NCBI GenBank assembly: GCA_013115125.1
Contig: JABANN010000081.1
Coordinates: 1-64,000 of the forward strand
Length of the DNA: 64,000 nt
Origin: Perkinsus olseni
Taxonomy: Eukaryota
Direction: 5' to 3'
This document shows positions 1-14,901 of the stretch, piece after piece (the stretch's first letter is position 1; each line of letters opens with the position of its first letter). A program made the position numbers and the translations under genes. The notes under the pieces are model-generated. The model had not been told where the DNA came from. It ran no database searches and saw nothing but the letters and a program-made list of their open reading frames with translations.

Positions 1-60
1 CAAGTTTGTTTGTTCTAATCTCCATCCTCCCCCTCGCGTCGTGTTCCACAGTCCCGGACG

Positions 61-652
61 GTGCAAACTAACACTGCATCTTTCTTGCAGCTACCAGCGG
101 ACATCACCCTAATGTCCAAGAATATGTGCAAGATGCAATGGAACAGCAAAAAGCTGATAGTGAGATTGAACCCTCACTTCAACAAGACTGAAAGCAATAT
201 CATAACTTACAGCATTTTCACAGACCAAGCGCCTCCGACCGGTCGAATTCTTCGTTATCATTTCGGGTAGGCAACCGGGGCACTTCGGCCTTCTTCTAGT
301 ATGCGTTTTCAGGCTTGAAGACGATGATCGATTTCACCTTTACTTGTCACATTCTCACAAGGTCCGCTGTCAAACTGACAGAGTGCGAGAAGCCTTTGAT
401 TTCTTCTCTTCCGTCTCCCCGTCCGCTCACTTGCGTAATTCGGGAGTTGCGGAAAAGTTGGTAGAGCTTTTTCCTAATCAAAAGAATCCGGGACGATGCC
501 GAAAGATTTTCTCTCTGCTCGCGGCCAACCCACCCGAAGGATACGACTCGGGAATTGACTGGGTAGCGGGTTTGCACTATACCGATGGGTCCAACATCGA
601 TACCGTTAATGGACTTGTCCAAAAGTGGCAAGAGGAGCATGAGCGTGAGTAA
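61..652 (+). CDS. 3' part of a lineage-specific hypothetical protein (5' end uncertain or outside window)
   Basis: ORFs 61-270 and 344-652 join in frame via a GT..AG intron ~267-312 (HFG|LEDDDRFHLY). C-terminal GRC..A.NPPEG...DWV resembles the last exon of the 56165-57171 gene. Confidence 0.5.
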
Positions 653-2660
653 TGAAACTGCTTTATCAATTTATAGTTACTTTTGGCGATTGTTGTTGTG
701 CAATTCTATCAAAGAGAGATGTTCATGTTGAAAGTGCTTCTTGCGTTATGAGTAACACAAACAGGGGTGGATGTGTCAAACGAGTAAGTGCACATAGGGT
801 TCGCGTAGGGCTCTCTCTGTAGTCTCTGTGGCATGCGTGGATCGAGCCAGGATACGAATGAGAGAATCTTCTGCTGAAGAGTTATTCCTTCCTTGTGTGA
901 CTCTCAATAGGATGGAGCCTTTCTTGAATGGCAGCTAGCTACTCACAGGATATATAATCGGAGCATATCTTTGTCTTTGTCAACTCCCATCTTTAACCTC
1001 TTAATACCCCGTAGTAAAAGTTTTGTTATGCTGGTACAGTCATCTCATCTACTATCCCCAGCACGTCTTCTCTTCATCACATCAACCCGACTAGGAGCTC
1101 GTAAGAGTCTCTGGAGAACCTCGTTACAGAAGACCACGAAGGATCATACACCGGCTGCGCAGTACCAGCAGGTAGTAGTCCGAGATTCCCGACTGTGCGA
1201 TTCTGCGTATCTTTCTCACCTTGCCTTTGGAAATTAATAAAAGTAAATATCAAAATGAATGAGAGGGGAATGGTATTCACAAGATCCGTAATGCAGTAAA
1301 TATTGTCGCTTACAAAATTAGTTTGCTTGCTCATTTTGGGAAAAAATTTACGTCAATTTTCATTTTACGTACGTAAAGTGTATGGCATCTTTTATTTTGT
1401 TATGAGGTACAGAGATGACAATACTATCATGACATGCACAGAATTGATAGTAAAAATTAAGTAAGAAAATTTGAATAATTTATTTTACAATGTAAAAATT
1501 ATGGAAATTATTCGTAAAAACTTTGTGTTTATAAGAAATTGGGGAATGGAAGGAAAACTTGCTGTGAGCGTGATCCTGAGCAGGTCGCTGCGAATCTGGT
1601 TTTCTCCTCTGAGATTTCACGTTATTCAAAATACATCTTTGAGACCGTACGAACGTCGTGTGAAATCTGAATTTCCTTTATTCTTTATTTTTCCATTTCT
1701 CACTTTTCTATTTTTTGCGATTTTTGCGGATAAATTCTTAGTAGACTTATGTGTGTGAAAATCTGCATTTGCTGTGCGAGCCAGTCAGATTTCCAAACCA
1801 CCATTTTTTGTGCTTTCAGGATTCTTTTCATCAGCGTCGAGCACAGCCCTCGTCGAACGGTGGAGCCCACAGTCAGCTGGCTCTGATATTTGCTAGTTTT
1901 TTCGGGTAATAATGGTGGTAGTAGGAAGGGCGAGCTAGTGGTGTCAGAAAGACACTGCGAAAATTACTCGCAGACGACAGTACCATTTAAATGTCATCAC
2001 AGCAGCTGATCACAACGGCGCACCTTTTCACTTCACATTCTTATTTTTTGTTCATTCATATTCTTTTCAGCCCTTTTTCTGTTAATTTCGGAATTTATGT
2101 TTAATTTTTGGGGATAAATAGTTTTTCTGGGTAATAATTTCTTGTACTATTCTTCCATTACTCCAGACACTTTCCACTAGCTGACCACGTCGTTTCGTTT
2201 ATCCCAGATTTTTTTCTCGACATTTCCCCGAAATTCTTAGATTTTCCTTTTATGGTTAGCGTGAATTAAAAATTTACCATATTCTGTATTATTCTGAACG
2301 ATATTCAGCGGACGCTCAGACGTAGAAATGAAAATTTACCCCGAAATTTTTCGGTAATTTTCCTCTCTTGTTTTCCCCTTCAGAGTGTGGATAGCTTTCG
2401 CGCTGATGAACAGAATATGGCGGCGGCCGATAAACGTAGTTCATAGAGATGAGTATGGTAATGTTATCGGATATCAAAGATACGGCCAGTATTAACATTT
2501 TCATTCCGACGCTTGAGTCGAGTGCTCGAGCTTCGAGCGAGCTGGTATCCGAGGTTGAACCATGCTATTGACGGGTTGTAAAGATTCCTCGCGGCAGTCG
2601 TTGTTCTTACTGTTTCTCCTTTCTTGTCACTCGATGATACCCTTCCGTCGGCTACTGCAG

Positions 2661-5600
2661 CCGCGTTATCTCTCACTTTTGGTGCTCACAGCACAGAATA
2701 CAGGTAAGATATCTTTGGGGTATCTTAAGGTTACCATGGTTGAATACAAAATATATATATAACGATATGGAATATATATAACGATGGGATGATGAATTCT
2801 CTCTCTAGTTGTAACACTATTGATGGTATGGTAGCCCATGAACTCACTTTCGTGTGTATCCTGATCGTACGATCGATCAGAAATGTGGTACTAAGGACGA
2901 AGGCTCCGAGGATCCTTTTCGACCTGAGCATTTTCCTTCGCTCTCCCTGGCAGGATCTTATAACGGGAATGAATATCGTGGCATGATAATGTGCATGAGT
3001 AACGAGTAAATTTAACTTATTTTTCCCTTTTTAGCGTTTGTTAACGGTGCGATATTAAATTTAATTTACCGAAATCGAAACGAAATTTCAAGTTTAATTC
3101 AAAGAATACGTTGAAATTTCGACTTTCGGCACTAGAATGTTGGAAATAATTTTTTTTGATAATTCTTTTTTCAGCACTGGTGTTGACTATGCGGTATGCG
3201 CGGACGAGGCCGGGCCCGATGTTCCTGGCGAGTACTGCCGTTGTTTGCGACGAAACCACCAAGCTTATTGCATGTAAGGTGGAAATATCTTTTTACTTGT
3301 TTTACCCTTGAGTGATGTAGTTGAGGAATCTTTTGACCGTTTCGCAGGTACAATTTTGATAACACTAGCGTTTTTCCGGAACGCGGAAAGAAGTCAATGG
3401 TCATGGCAGAACCTCAAGTTGTTCTGGAAGTGAGTAGTATCTTTCATGCGAGGTTGTCACGGGGAGCTTGGATTCGCTGTGGATATATACATAGGGGAGA
3501 AGGAGTCTGGAAGGGAATCTTAGGTTGACCCTTGTCAGCGACAGAAATCTTATCTGACAGCTCTTGATGCTTCGCAGTTATTATCAGAATTATCAACTCA
3601 CGTCATAAGCAAATTTTGGCTTGCTGATTTGTGAATGCAAATTATGGATTTTCATCGTGATGCGAAATTAGCATATCGATCAGCCATTTCAGCGCTATAG
3701 TAGGGAAATATTTATAAAAAATTGGAGCCGGATTCAGCTGATGTGATGGAAAAAACTCTCGTGTTTCTCACTGGGCAAATTTCTTGTCATATCGCGGGTG
3801 GCCCTCCATTGCTTCAGCTGCTTCCCTGCGAGGCACGCATGGAATAGCATTCCATCGTCTTCTTCAAACCTCTTCTTGTTGTTGTTATTTTTAGGAGGGA
3901 AGTGTTCACGGGCTTCTACGACTATGTGAAGATGTCGGTACCAGCGCTTTGTTACGCTGTGCAGAAGAACGCTCTTTATCTGGCTATAACACATTTGCAG
4001 GCGGCAGTGTTTCAAATTACGTATCAGGTGAGAATCTTAGGTTGACTCATGCATTTGACGAAAATTGTCGATGAGAATGCGTCACTGCCGTGCGTCAACC
4101 TAAGATACGCTTTCCGTGGCTGTCAATGTCTCGGCATTTCGGATTTTCTGTTTAGGGTAAGATTCTGACCACAGCGCTTTTCTCAGTGCTGATGCTGCAC
4201 AAGAGGCTCAGCCATAAACAAGTACTCAGTTTAGTGGTAAGCATATAATCGATCGGATAATCGATCGGCCGATCGATTTCGGCAGGTCCTTCTGGTCGGC
4301 GTGTCGATTGTTCAGCTGTCCCAATTGAAAGAGAATGATGATGATACCAAAAAGGACAATGCTAGTAGGTGGCTGGCGGGACTCTAATTAATGTGTTAAC
4401 ACCACCGAGCCCCCTCTCGTCGAATGAGATACTAAAATCTGGTAGTAGATCTCTCAGAGTTATCACCGCTATCACCGTCGTGAACACTTCCGTATTTATG
4501 GGAGGATGTTTTTTAATAATACTTACAGCGGTTTCAAAGTGCGGAATGAATTGTTTATGGCCATTGTGGTTTCGTCTCGTAGCTTCCTGTGTATTTTTTC
4601 CCCGAAATTCTCCGTTTATGTACAGGGGGGGGGGGGCGGGCTAAAAGATATTTACATGAACATACATTGAACTTGTAATTCGATGACATCCTTTTTTCTT
4701 CGCAGTGTGTAAGGTATCTTTTTTTCTTCGCAGTGTGTAAGGTATCTTTTTTTCGTCGCAGTGCGTCATAAGATATCTTTGTTTTTCAGGCCTGCTAGTT
4801 GGTATCTGTGCAATACTTTTTGCTTGCATGACCAGCGGGTTCGCAGCTGTTTATTTTGAGTACATGTTGAAAAGAGGGAGTACCGGAAAAGACGTAAGCT
4901 GGTGATGGTATGAACAATTTTTATCAATTTCGAGAGGAATTTTTGACAGCCGGAAATCTGTTTTTTATTCGATCTCTAATAGTGTTTCATATTATTGGCG
5001 AAGCCTTCATACCACTCTTTCGGAAATCTTCCTCGCTAGTGTCTTTGCGAGGCATCAGCAAAGATATTTTGACTATCGTAATGTTCTTCGTATCTTTTGC
5101 ATGTTCATGCTTATTGACATGAACAAAGGCCGTTGATGGAATCCATCTGTCTTGTTATGTTCGCTCTTCATTATGTTACTCTCTTTATTGATTCATAGAA
5201 TTTGCTGGACTTTGGGATCTTCATAGCGCGGAGTCTTCAAATGATGCGATCTGAGCCGTCCAGCTTTCTCGTAGCAAAAAACACATCAGAAAAAGTCCGA
5301 CAAAGTCTGCACTGGCTTTGGACTAAAAAACCCGAATACTGCAGGAGTGAGATCGAGTCTTCGAATGATCCGATCTCACTCAGCGTTCGGTCGTGTATTT
5401 GGATAGCGTAGCACAGAGCTTATCGTTGAGTCGCCAGCACCTGGGTTTTGAATCCAACCCAAGGCGACCACGACGTTTTTATTCAAACTGAGTAGAACCG
5501 TCGTGTACGGGATGTACGGAGAATCTAGCATCTTCCGATCACCCGGTCGCCCATGTCAGGCTACTAGACACGCACGCGGTGCTGAATAGTAAGAAAATAA

Positions 5601-7260
5601 GAGTAGCAGCGTTTCGTGGCGCGTGTGAGCTTTTATAGCCTATAGTTTATAGGACTTTTTCCCATGTGTTTTTCGCCTGCAAATAGTTGGGAATTGGTTA
5701 TCAGATGTATTCAAGGGAACTGTTTTTTCAGTTACGCAGGAGACTTATTTTCAATTATTTTTTTATTTTCAATTTTTGCTCTTATTTTCAATAAAAACAT
5801 AAAATATTTCTGTTCTACTTTCAGGAAGTTTTTTGTTTATTTTCAGGGTGCCCCCAATGTTCAGAAACCCTATACGATTTGGGTGCGAAATTTCCAGCTC
5901 GCCAGCTTCGCATCGACGAGCGCAATATGTAGGAAGGTGGGCTGCTTCGCTCCGCTAGAAGGTATCTTGATTTTTGTAAGGTACCATGCTGATCAAGGAC
6001 CATGAGGCACTGCGACAGAATGGATTCTTCTACGGTTACTCACCATTGACGTGGAGTGAGTGGGCAGAGGCCGGCTTGTGTCGAAAAATTGGAAGAGTTA
6101 CGAATATTTTGGTATCGAATCGAAAAAATAATATTGCGAGATACCAAGAGGTCGCAAGCTTTCAGAGTATGTATTAATTGTTCGCGAATCTAGCAAAATT
6201 TTTTCGCAGAAATTTCCGGAAAATATGCTAAAAATTAGTCGTATATGGTGCTGATATTTTTTTATGACGACGTGTGGGAGGAGTGGTACCGGATGGATCT
6301 TGATGGTGTGATGACAATTTCCACCTTGATAGCGTGCCCCCTCATGCCTAATGGTGCTCAGCGACGATTTTCCTGGAGGCCGGCGGTGGTCTGATCGTTG
6401 CTGTTGTTATCAAGTATGCGGACACTATCCTGAAGAACTTCGCCACAGCAGCGGCTATCATATCAAGTGAGGGGGCAATCGGGCTTGCTGGACTTGTTTC
6501 TTCTTTCCATTGTTACGCTTGTTTTCCTTTTTACTATTTTCCCTCGATTTTTAGTGCATTCGTGCGTATCATACAGTTTGTATTGATCTGCTGGCCCGAA
6601 ATTTCCAGTACCTTGGGATGGATTAAGTCAAGAAAATGCGCACCTTTTTTAACGGGGGATTTACCCGCAGCTCATCGACCGTGTCCGCTCGAGTGTTAGT
6701 CGTCGATCCTGTAGAGCTTGAGCGGCTCCCTTACAAACGAGATGAGTGATCAGACGGGATATGTGAGAAAAGTGGTATGAAGGTTCTCGCAATTTGAATT
6801 AGTGGAAGTTAGCCCGCGGGCTGTGACGAATCCTACTCTTACGGCGTGAGTGAGAATCATACAGCTTTAAAAAGGAAGCTCCATGCTGCGGTTGCTTTAC
6901 AGTGATGATCAGGTTACCTGACTCAGGTACAACTATCAGCGCACTCTTCCTCGGTTTTGAAGTCCGGCCTACCTTCGTTATCGGAGCGGCATTGGTCATT
7001 ACTGCAATATACATGTATTCAGCCAAGCCCGCCGAGGTGAGTCTTCGTCAACCGATCGTGGCGGTCTGTGAGCGACTTTACGGTCCATCGCCGGTGTCGG
7101 AAAGAGGCCGCTGTTTTCGTCGTTGAGTTTTGAGAGTATCTTTGTTCTTGATGTCTTCACAGCGATCGAATTGTCTTTCAGCCTCCTGCGAAGAACGGTT
7201 ATGATGAGTTGGACAACATGGAGAGTGGTCAGTCTAAGGAGATGTCCACGCTTAACGATG
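2661..7260 (+). CDS. SLC35A-family nucleotide-sugar transporter (UDP-Gal/UDP-GlcNAc/CMP-Sia type), >=11 exons; start and last exon uncertain
   Basis: Manually spliced GT-AG exons give RYLSLLVLTAQNT, LVLTMRYART, KMSVPALCYAVQKNALYLAITHLQAAVFQITYQ, GKILTTALFSVLML, SGFAAVYFEYMLK, IWVRNFQL, GFFYGYS, GGGLIVAVVIKYADTILKNFA. These are SLC35A hallmark motifs in the correct order. Confidence 0.93.
4688..4789 (+). repeat. Intronic ~28-bp tandem repeat (3 copies plus the true acceptor)
   Basis: tttttcttcgcagtgtgtaaggtatc twice plus a diverged third copy. Confidence 0.85.
5389..5470 (+). pseudogene. Degenerate tRNA-like sequence in transporter intron
   Basis: 5' GGTCG pairs with 3' CGACCA. B-box-like GGTTTTGAATCC. 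Other arms are poor. Confidence 0.3.
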
Positions 7261-7305
7261 GTGAGGGGGAGTTGCTGATGGGATGGTCGGAATTTGAGTG
7301 GAAAA

Positions 7306-7386
7306 TTCCATCCGCGGGGATCGAACCTGGGCGCCTCATATTTTGTGGAATATTGCAAGCGCAAGCTCTGCCCCCTTTTGATGAAG
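7306..7386 (-). pseudogene. Degenerate tRNA-like sequence
   Basis: Minus strand has B box GGTTCGATCC, partial acceptor pairing and a CTTGCAA loop. A box and D arm are poor. Confidence 0.35.
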
Positions 7387-7964
7387 TCTCAGTAGAATGA
7401 CCGATGTGGTAGCCATTCCCGAACTAGGATTGGCCTTAGAAGTGTGATCAGAGAACTCAGTTTACACAGCTAGAAGCCATAACAAGGAAGGTCTGAGAGA
7501 GTATTCGTATAATATACCAGTGGCTCGGCACCTAAGATTTCGTAGTGGTTACTACTCACTCTGCATTAACGCCAGAATCGATTGCTCGGATGGCGCTATT
7601 ATTAACACCATTTCGCTTTCAAGATTCTTGGTCGTCATCTTTTCTGCGATTTTTAGAGATAATAATTACAATGTCCGACTGGAGGTGATAATTGTTCGTT
7701 GTCAGGCAGCAGTGGAACTGTGCACAAACATAGAGTGCCGACGGTTGCAGAGCGTACAGTATGATGGGAGCGTGAAAAGAGCGCTCGCCATTGTGATCGA
7801 TTTGCCTAAGTGGGCGTACCACCTGATAATTCTTCTGTGTTACTATTTCTCGCATTTGACTGAGAATCACTTGTTCAGTGTGGGTCAATTTCCTTGCGTG
7901 GCTTCGGGCAGCTGGGGGAGGGTATCCAGGGTCGATCATAGGAGTTCGCGGGGGAGGTCAGCAC

Positions 7965-10900
7965 TGGTGGCATCGGAAAAGTCCCGCGTAGCGCATTCTT
8001 CAAATTTGATAGATCACGGATCACCTAATTGAATCAGAAAATTTCGGGAATTAATTTCAGGAAATTTCAGCCGTGTGGTGGAGTAGACTGGACGGGGATG
8101 ATCTCGAAGTGAGTCCCTTCGATCGCTGGTGTTGCATACCACAGAACTCAACAGCCTTCACCGCGTTTTCGAGTAGTCCTTTTCGGTCGAGTCTGATCGG
8201 CTGGAGAAGGTTCGAGCTCTCCCCGCTTCATAGATTTCAGCGCATCCTAGGACCTTGACGGGGGTTCAACGATCGAGGCATGTCTGATTGAGAACGTCAA
8301 GAGCGGTATTATTTTTTTGAAGTACAGTGAGACGAAGTAGATCAACTCTGATGCTGTTGACAGCTGTACAGCGGGTTCGTATGCACACTTCACGAACGCC
8401 CAACAACCGTAATAAATATCGGACGCCATGGCAGACGCATACCTGGATTACTCCTAAGAGGGATCAGGGAGGAGGGGGAGGGTCGATGAGGAAGCATCGA
8501 CGACAAGTTGCACAGAAAGCACTGGTGGGGGCACAGCGAGGCTGGCTCCGTGGCTGATGGCTTCGGCACAGGTGCATACTCCGGCGCCGAGTGTGGATGT
8601 TTCTAGAATCGACGGCCCGGTAAGCGGTTTGGCGTACCACTCTTTTCGATAATCACGTTGGCCCCTGTGCTTCAGGTGAACTGCGCGATACCATTCGAGT
8701 GTCCCCCCTTCGACAGTCCCACCAGCATGCGGTCGGATCTCGACGCAGCGGTTGCAGGTGTCAATGATGACGATGGACGCGATGTAAGTGGCTAGTCGGT
8801 GTCCTACCTGACCAGAAATAGCAGCGAAAGATGTGTTGAAGATCACCTTGATAATAAGGCCTCCTTCGGAAAAAAAAGGACAGCGTTCGGGCGAGGAGCG
8901 ACTGGCTAGAATGTCATGGACAAACTCCTTGTTTTTATTAATCTCGGTTCAGCATCGAACCTTCCTGTTTTGATTCGAGAATCTTGATGTACGGTGACTC
9001 GCCAAGGGATTTTGGTTTCGCAGGTGGCGGCCGCCTTGGCAGGCCTACACACGCCCGTTGACGAAAATATCGACATTTTTGGCAATGCGACTGATGCGAA
9101 TTCATGTGAGTATCAGGGAAAGAGAACACGAGGATCAACCGGGGGGCGTTTGCTTTCTGGACTGAACGGACGACAGCAGCTGCAAGTAGAAGTAGTTCCA
9201 CGATATACTCTCTTAACGGGAGCAGAGCTTTCTGGTACTGTATCCTCCTGTAATTGTCCCACTCACCGCAGCGCCCGCGCAGTGGGACAGTGTCCAGGAT
9301 ATTCTCCGTGCTTCGGTGATCAGCCTCTACAACGTAGCTCGGGTGATGCAGAAAACTATCCACGCGGGCCTGTCGGGCTGAGCGAGATCAGCTGCACTTG
9401 AGCGATGATGGTGGTCGGTATGAAAACTATATGACGCTCTAGTCAAATTTAATCGCTTGATGTATACGAAATTACCTGCTCACGAAATTTAGTTTCACGA
9501 GAGTCTCGTGTAGGTGATTCTCGGGAGGCGGGTAACCCTCGAATAGAGTAGATTACTTACCCTTCTTCGCTGTTCAGATTGGCAGCGACCGTACGGCCTC
9601 GCGGGCGTCAAACATGTAAAAGCGTTTTGAACGTTTGTGACCGGCCAGGCGATGGTCTCGTTTTCAGGATTGCCCCGTGGTCGAAGAGGCTTCTGTGGAC
9701 GACACGGACGAAGCCGACTACTCGTATCCCGATGAGAGCGTCGATGAGGTCGAGCCTCTGTCGGATGATGTGATGGCTCAGTTGGAGAGTCATCTGGGAG
9801 TAAGCTCAGCGCTGGGGATTGAAAATTTCACCAACATCATCATTCGCCAGAATCTGTCGGCGACCCGCCGGCACCGCTTGGGATCCGCAAGCTGAAATCT
9901 TCAAATCCATGAAACTCAGAAATCCTCAAGTTATGGAAAACTTAGATAATATTAGTTTTTTCCATCGCCCGGCCCGACAACCCATGCCCTCATCACAGTC
10001 TTCCGCGAGAAATGTCTGAGTGCGAAGGTCTGGTGGCATGCGGGAGTGGTGACGGGATTCGGTGTGCCCCGTAGGGTTGAGATTAGGAAGGGGGACCTCT
10101 GACAAATTGACAGGGAGCAGCTGTGGTGATGTCGGCAGTGCGAGTTAGATTTGCCTCTGGATGTTCCGAAGACCCATAAGTTATGGGTCTTCGAAACATC
10201 CAGTTATGGGCCATAACAAGTGTTTTGCCCGATGATGTCGCTGGTCTCGATGGTCGCGCCGTGATCATGCTGTCGGATCTCTGATGGGCGGCGCCTACTT
10301 CGTCTCCCCGAACAGCAAGGGGTTAAACCGACCACTTTCCTGGGAAGATTAAGCGGGAGAGGCTCTCCCGGAGAGCTCACTTGCAAGTTCGCTGAATATC
10401 AGGAATAGTGACAAATCTGCAGGTGATGTCTTTTATATCAGCTCGGGTGAGCAACGCGAAGTCATCGTACAGGAGCGCGGATGGTATGTGCGTACGGACC
10501 AAGGCCAACACCGATGAACCCAATATGCCGAGTCCAAGCTGTCCAAGCTTGGATTGCTTCAGCATTAGCTTGACCGGTGGTTGAAGATTTCAAATCTTCA
10601 TTCACTCTGACGAAGATCTAGAGCACGACTCCTACTATGACCGTTGCTTGCTGACCTTTGTCAGGAGGGCTTCGTGCCATCTCAGTTCGTCTTCAAAGAA
10701 TCGAGCCGCACAACGCCTTGCCGTATCGTCTATGACGCCAGGTGGAGTAATCAAATGCTCTCGCATCCGTCTACTACGAGATGGAAGCTGATGAGGTATC
10801 TCATCACTACCGGTTCCCAGCTGTGTATCCGCTACGTGGACATCTCGGCTGTGTTCAATCATATATTGTGGACCTCACGGAAACTGGCGTCTCAAATCTT

Positions 10901-12200
10901 CCCATGTTATGAAAGTTGCAGAGAAGCATTGAAGCATGGTCAGAATAATGGGTTCCAGCTGCGCGATCTAGCGTGAGAGTCACTTCTTCTACCCGCTGGT
11001 TACTCTCTCGGGCGGAGTATTCGAGACGCAGATCAATCCAGTCGGATTGATTAGCGACACTCGACAGGCGGAAGAACAACGCAAGTTTGACCGCAATAGC
11101 ATGCACAGACATTCAGTCTAGGGGCAACTGGGAATTCCTCCGTGTTCAACGGCGGCGCGGCAAGACACTCTCTTCACGAAAGTGATCGCGCGGCAGGCCT
11201 TCTACAATGGATACGGCATTCACCAATCTGATCGATTGCCTTCCACGTGGGAATTAGGATCTACATCTGCGGGAAGGATGCTGCTGTTCAGCGGACAGTT
11301 GTTGCGTTAACTTCTGGTCCTTGGGGGGCTGCTGACTTTTTTGGAGGAGGTGGATTATGGTGATGTGGGATCAACTATTGGTGACAACGTCCGTAGAATT
11401 GCGAAGTCTCTCTGCTTCGAGCGTGTTGCCTTTCCCGGGTATTCACGCTTCAGTGTCGAATCTATGCCATTGGAAACGTTGGTGATTTCGACAGACTGAA
11501 CTCATGCAATAAAATCCTTTTCATGAAGTTGGTTCGGGGTGATCCAAGGCTGCTCCGGTCATCTGACTATCGCCCTCAGGATCATCTCTCCGACCTCTAT
11601 GAAGAGCTTGTAGCCAGCTCAGTGCCAAACTACGGCAGAACGTACAACGAGGATATGCAGGCCCTTGAGGAACTGGAGACGGCCTATAGTCGAATGGAGG
11701 GGAGTGCGCGGGCTGACGAGCTGCGAGACACGTAGGGATTGCTGCCCGACTCTCTATCGCGGCAACCGCAGTGGAAATCGTTGTTTCAGTTTCAAGTAAG
11801 AGCGTAGTGAATGATCAATGTTGGGTCAGGTTCACCTACTATCTGGAATCTGAGCGAATGTTCCTTGACAGCAAGCACAGCGAGCAGCCGGACTATAGCC
11901 GCCTGATGACGCGGTATACACCTATGAAGTCACGAGAGAACGATGATGAAGGTTCGGGCGGGCTAGTGGTCACGCTCGCAGCCTGGTATCCTCATACCCC
12001 TCAGTCCTCGACTCACGCCGGGAAGCGGCGGTTGCCTCTGCCATTCAAAGCGGCCATCATGGAAGTGAGCGATCGACGAGGAATCTTGCGTGAATGGAAT
12101 TCCTTGTTCCTCAGATATTCGCCGGACGTCAGTGTCTTCGACCACTTCCAGCCATATAGGGCTTCCTATTGGTAAGCGGTGATGGCTGTTCATCGTCTTC
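7965..12200 (+). mobile_element. Highly degraded Bel/Pao-like LTR retrotransposon (gag-pol remnant); boundaries approximate
   Basis: 10644-10976 reads TTPCRIVYDAR..N.ML...YVDISAVFNHI, similar to Pao RT (RIVYDAS...DIxKAFxQI). Frameshifted CILCNCPTHRSAR zinc-knuckle-like stretch ~9238-9280. PBS-like TGGTGGCATCGG at 7965. Many stops and no LTR pair found. Confidence 0.5.
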
Positions 12201-12972
12201 ACAGCCTGCTGATCAGGGCTCCCTGATGTCCCTCGCATACAGCTCAATTCGCTGCCAACTCCCACTCAAGACTCTCAACGGGTGAGTTACTCATCCGGCA
12301 GGCTTCAAGGGCACTTCCACGGTCGTCAGGCAGCAGCCCCTGCCCCTGCAGTCCTTAGCGGACCTCCCTTGTCCGCCAGACCGTTGCCTCGATGGAGCGA
12401 TGTGGCTCAGTGGCCGACTCCCAGGTGTGTGATCCTATTCATTCCTCTACGTGTTCCTTCCAACTGCCGGTCTAAGTCGTCTCGGGCTGTCATCCAATCA
12501 GCGGCGGGAGACATAATACCGTCGAACAACTTCAACTATCCCGAGCTCCTCGGAACGTGCGCTCGCCCTAGGTTTGCAGAGTGAACGCGAACGAGTATTT
12601 CGTCTTAGTTTCTTTCCTACCCAACTAGTGGCGCCTCCCGCCACCGCAAGATTCCGCTACTCGGCGTCTGACGTCCCCCCTCCGCAGCACTGGCGAGCAG
12701 CTGCTCAGCCGAGGCCGCGGCAAGCCAGTCTCGGGGGATGGTTCATGGGACAGTGATGATTGACTCGAATCCTCAATACACTTGGACGATGCAGCTTTAC
12801 TATGTGATGTCGTGAAGGATTGTATGCATGCTCAGCCGTTGGGTGTGTGTTGCGTGCTCGAGTACCGGGAGGAGCATGAGTGAAGTTTCACCTGTTCTGT
12901 TTGTTAAATTATTTTACACGATAGATTTTTTGCGAAAACCCCGATAAGTTTGGAAGCCCTGCGTGAGTTACG

Positions 12973-13057
12973 TAGCTCATGGCGAGACCTAGCGTGTGTG
13001 AAAGCATGGCCATACAAGGAAGATAACACTGCTCAGTTGTCAGCTACTCAGCCACGG
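12973..13057 (+). repeat. Dispersed duplicate of 17475-17572 (13255-13310 also resembles 18318-18370)
   Basis: Shared tagctcatggc..gacc.agcgtgtgtg..catggccatac..agataac.ctgctca..gttgt.agc. Confidence 0.8.
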
Positions 13058-13631
13058 TGTTCTCGAACACATATTCCGATGAGAGTTCGTTGCATTCTTT
13101 TCGACGTCAGATGATGGTGTGGTCTTTCTCGGTGGCCCGGAGGTATGGGTACGTCTCCTCTGTAGGCGCTGCAAAGTTTGAGACCATCACGTTCCATTAG
13201 GGGGACAGATCATGTGTGACAAAGATTCAACATTGATGAGATTTATAACATCAGTCGTTGTAGGCTTTCACACCCTCCTCTTGACCAACGACGAATACGA
13301 ATACATCGCTCCTACCATAAAGCCTTTATGGTAAAGGGTATCTCAAAATCTCTTCGAGTATTCAAAACCCCTTCGTTATCGCGGACTGGTGCCTCGAGTA
13401 GCCTCAGAGCTGACCGATTCTGTTGCCGTTACAGCTTGTGGCGAGCTCTAGTGCAGCGCAGGGATGGGTCCCTTTCGGAATACAAACGCAACAAGTCGGG
13501 ACTATTACTATGCTTGTCAAGCGTTGCTTGAAAACGTGAAGAGATTGGGCTAAAACTCATATGAATAAAAACCGAGTGAAACGGATGAGGGTTGTCGAGC
13601 TGACGAGGTGAGGCTGATTGAAGGCTTTTAT

Positions 13632-14901
<1,270 letters not shown>

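Noticed and set aside
7700-12900. LTR pair bounding the Pao-like remnant
   Set aside because: No convincing direct repeat found by eye.
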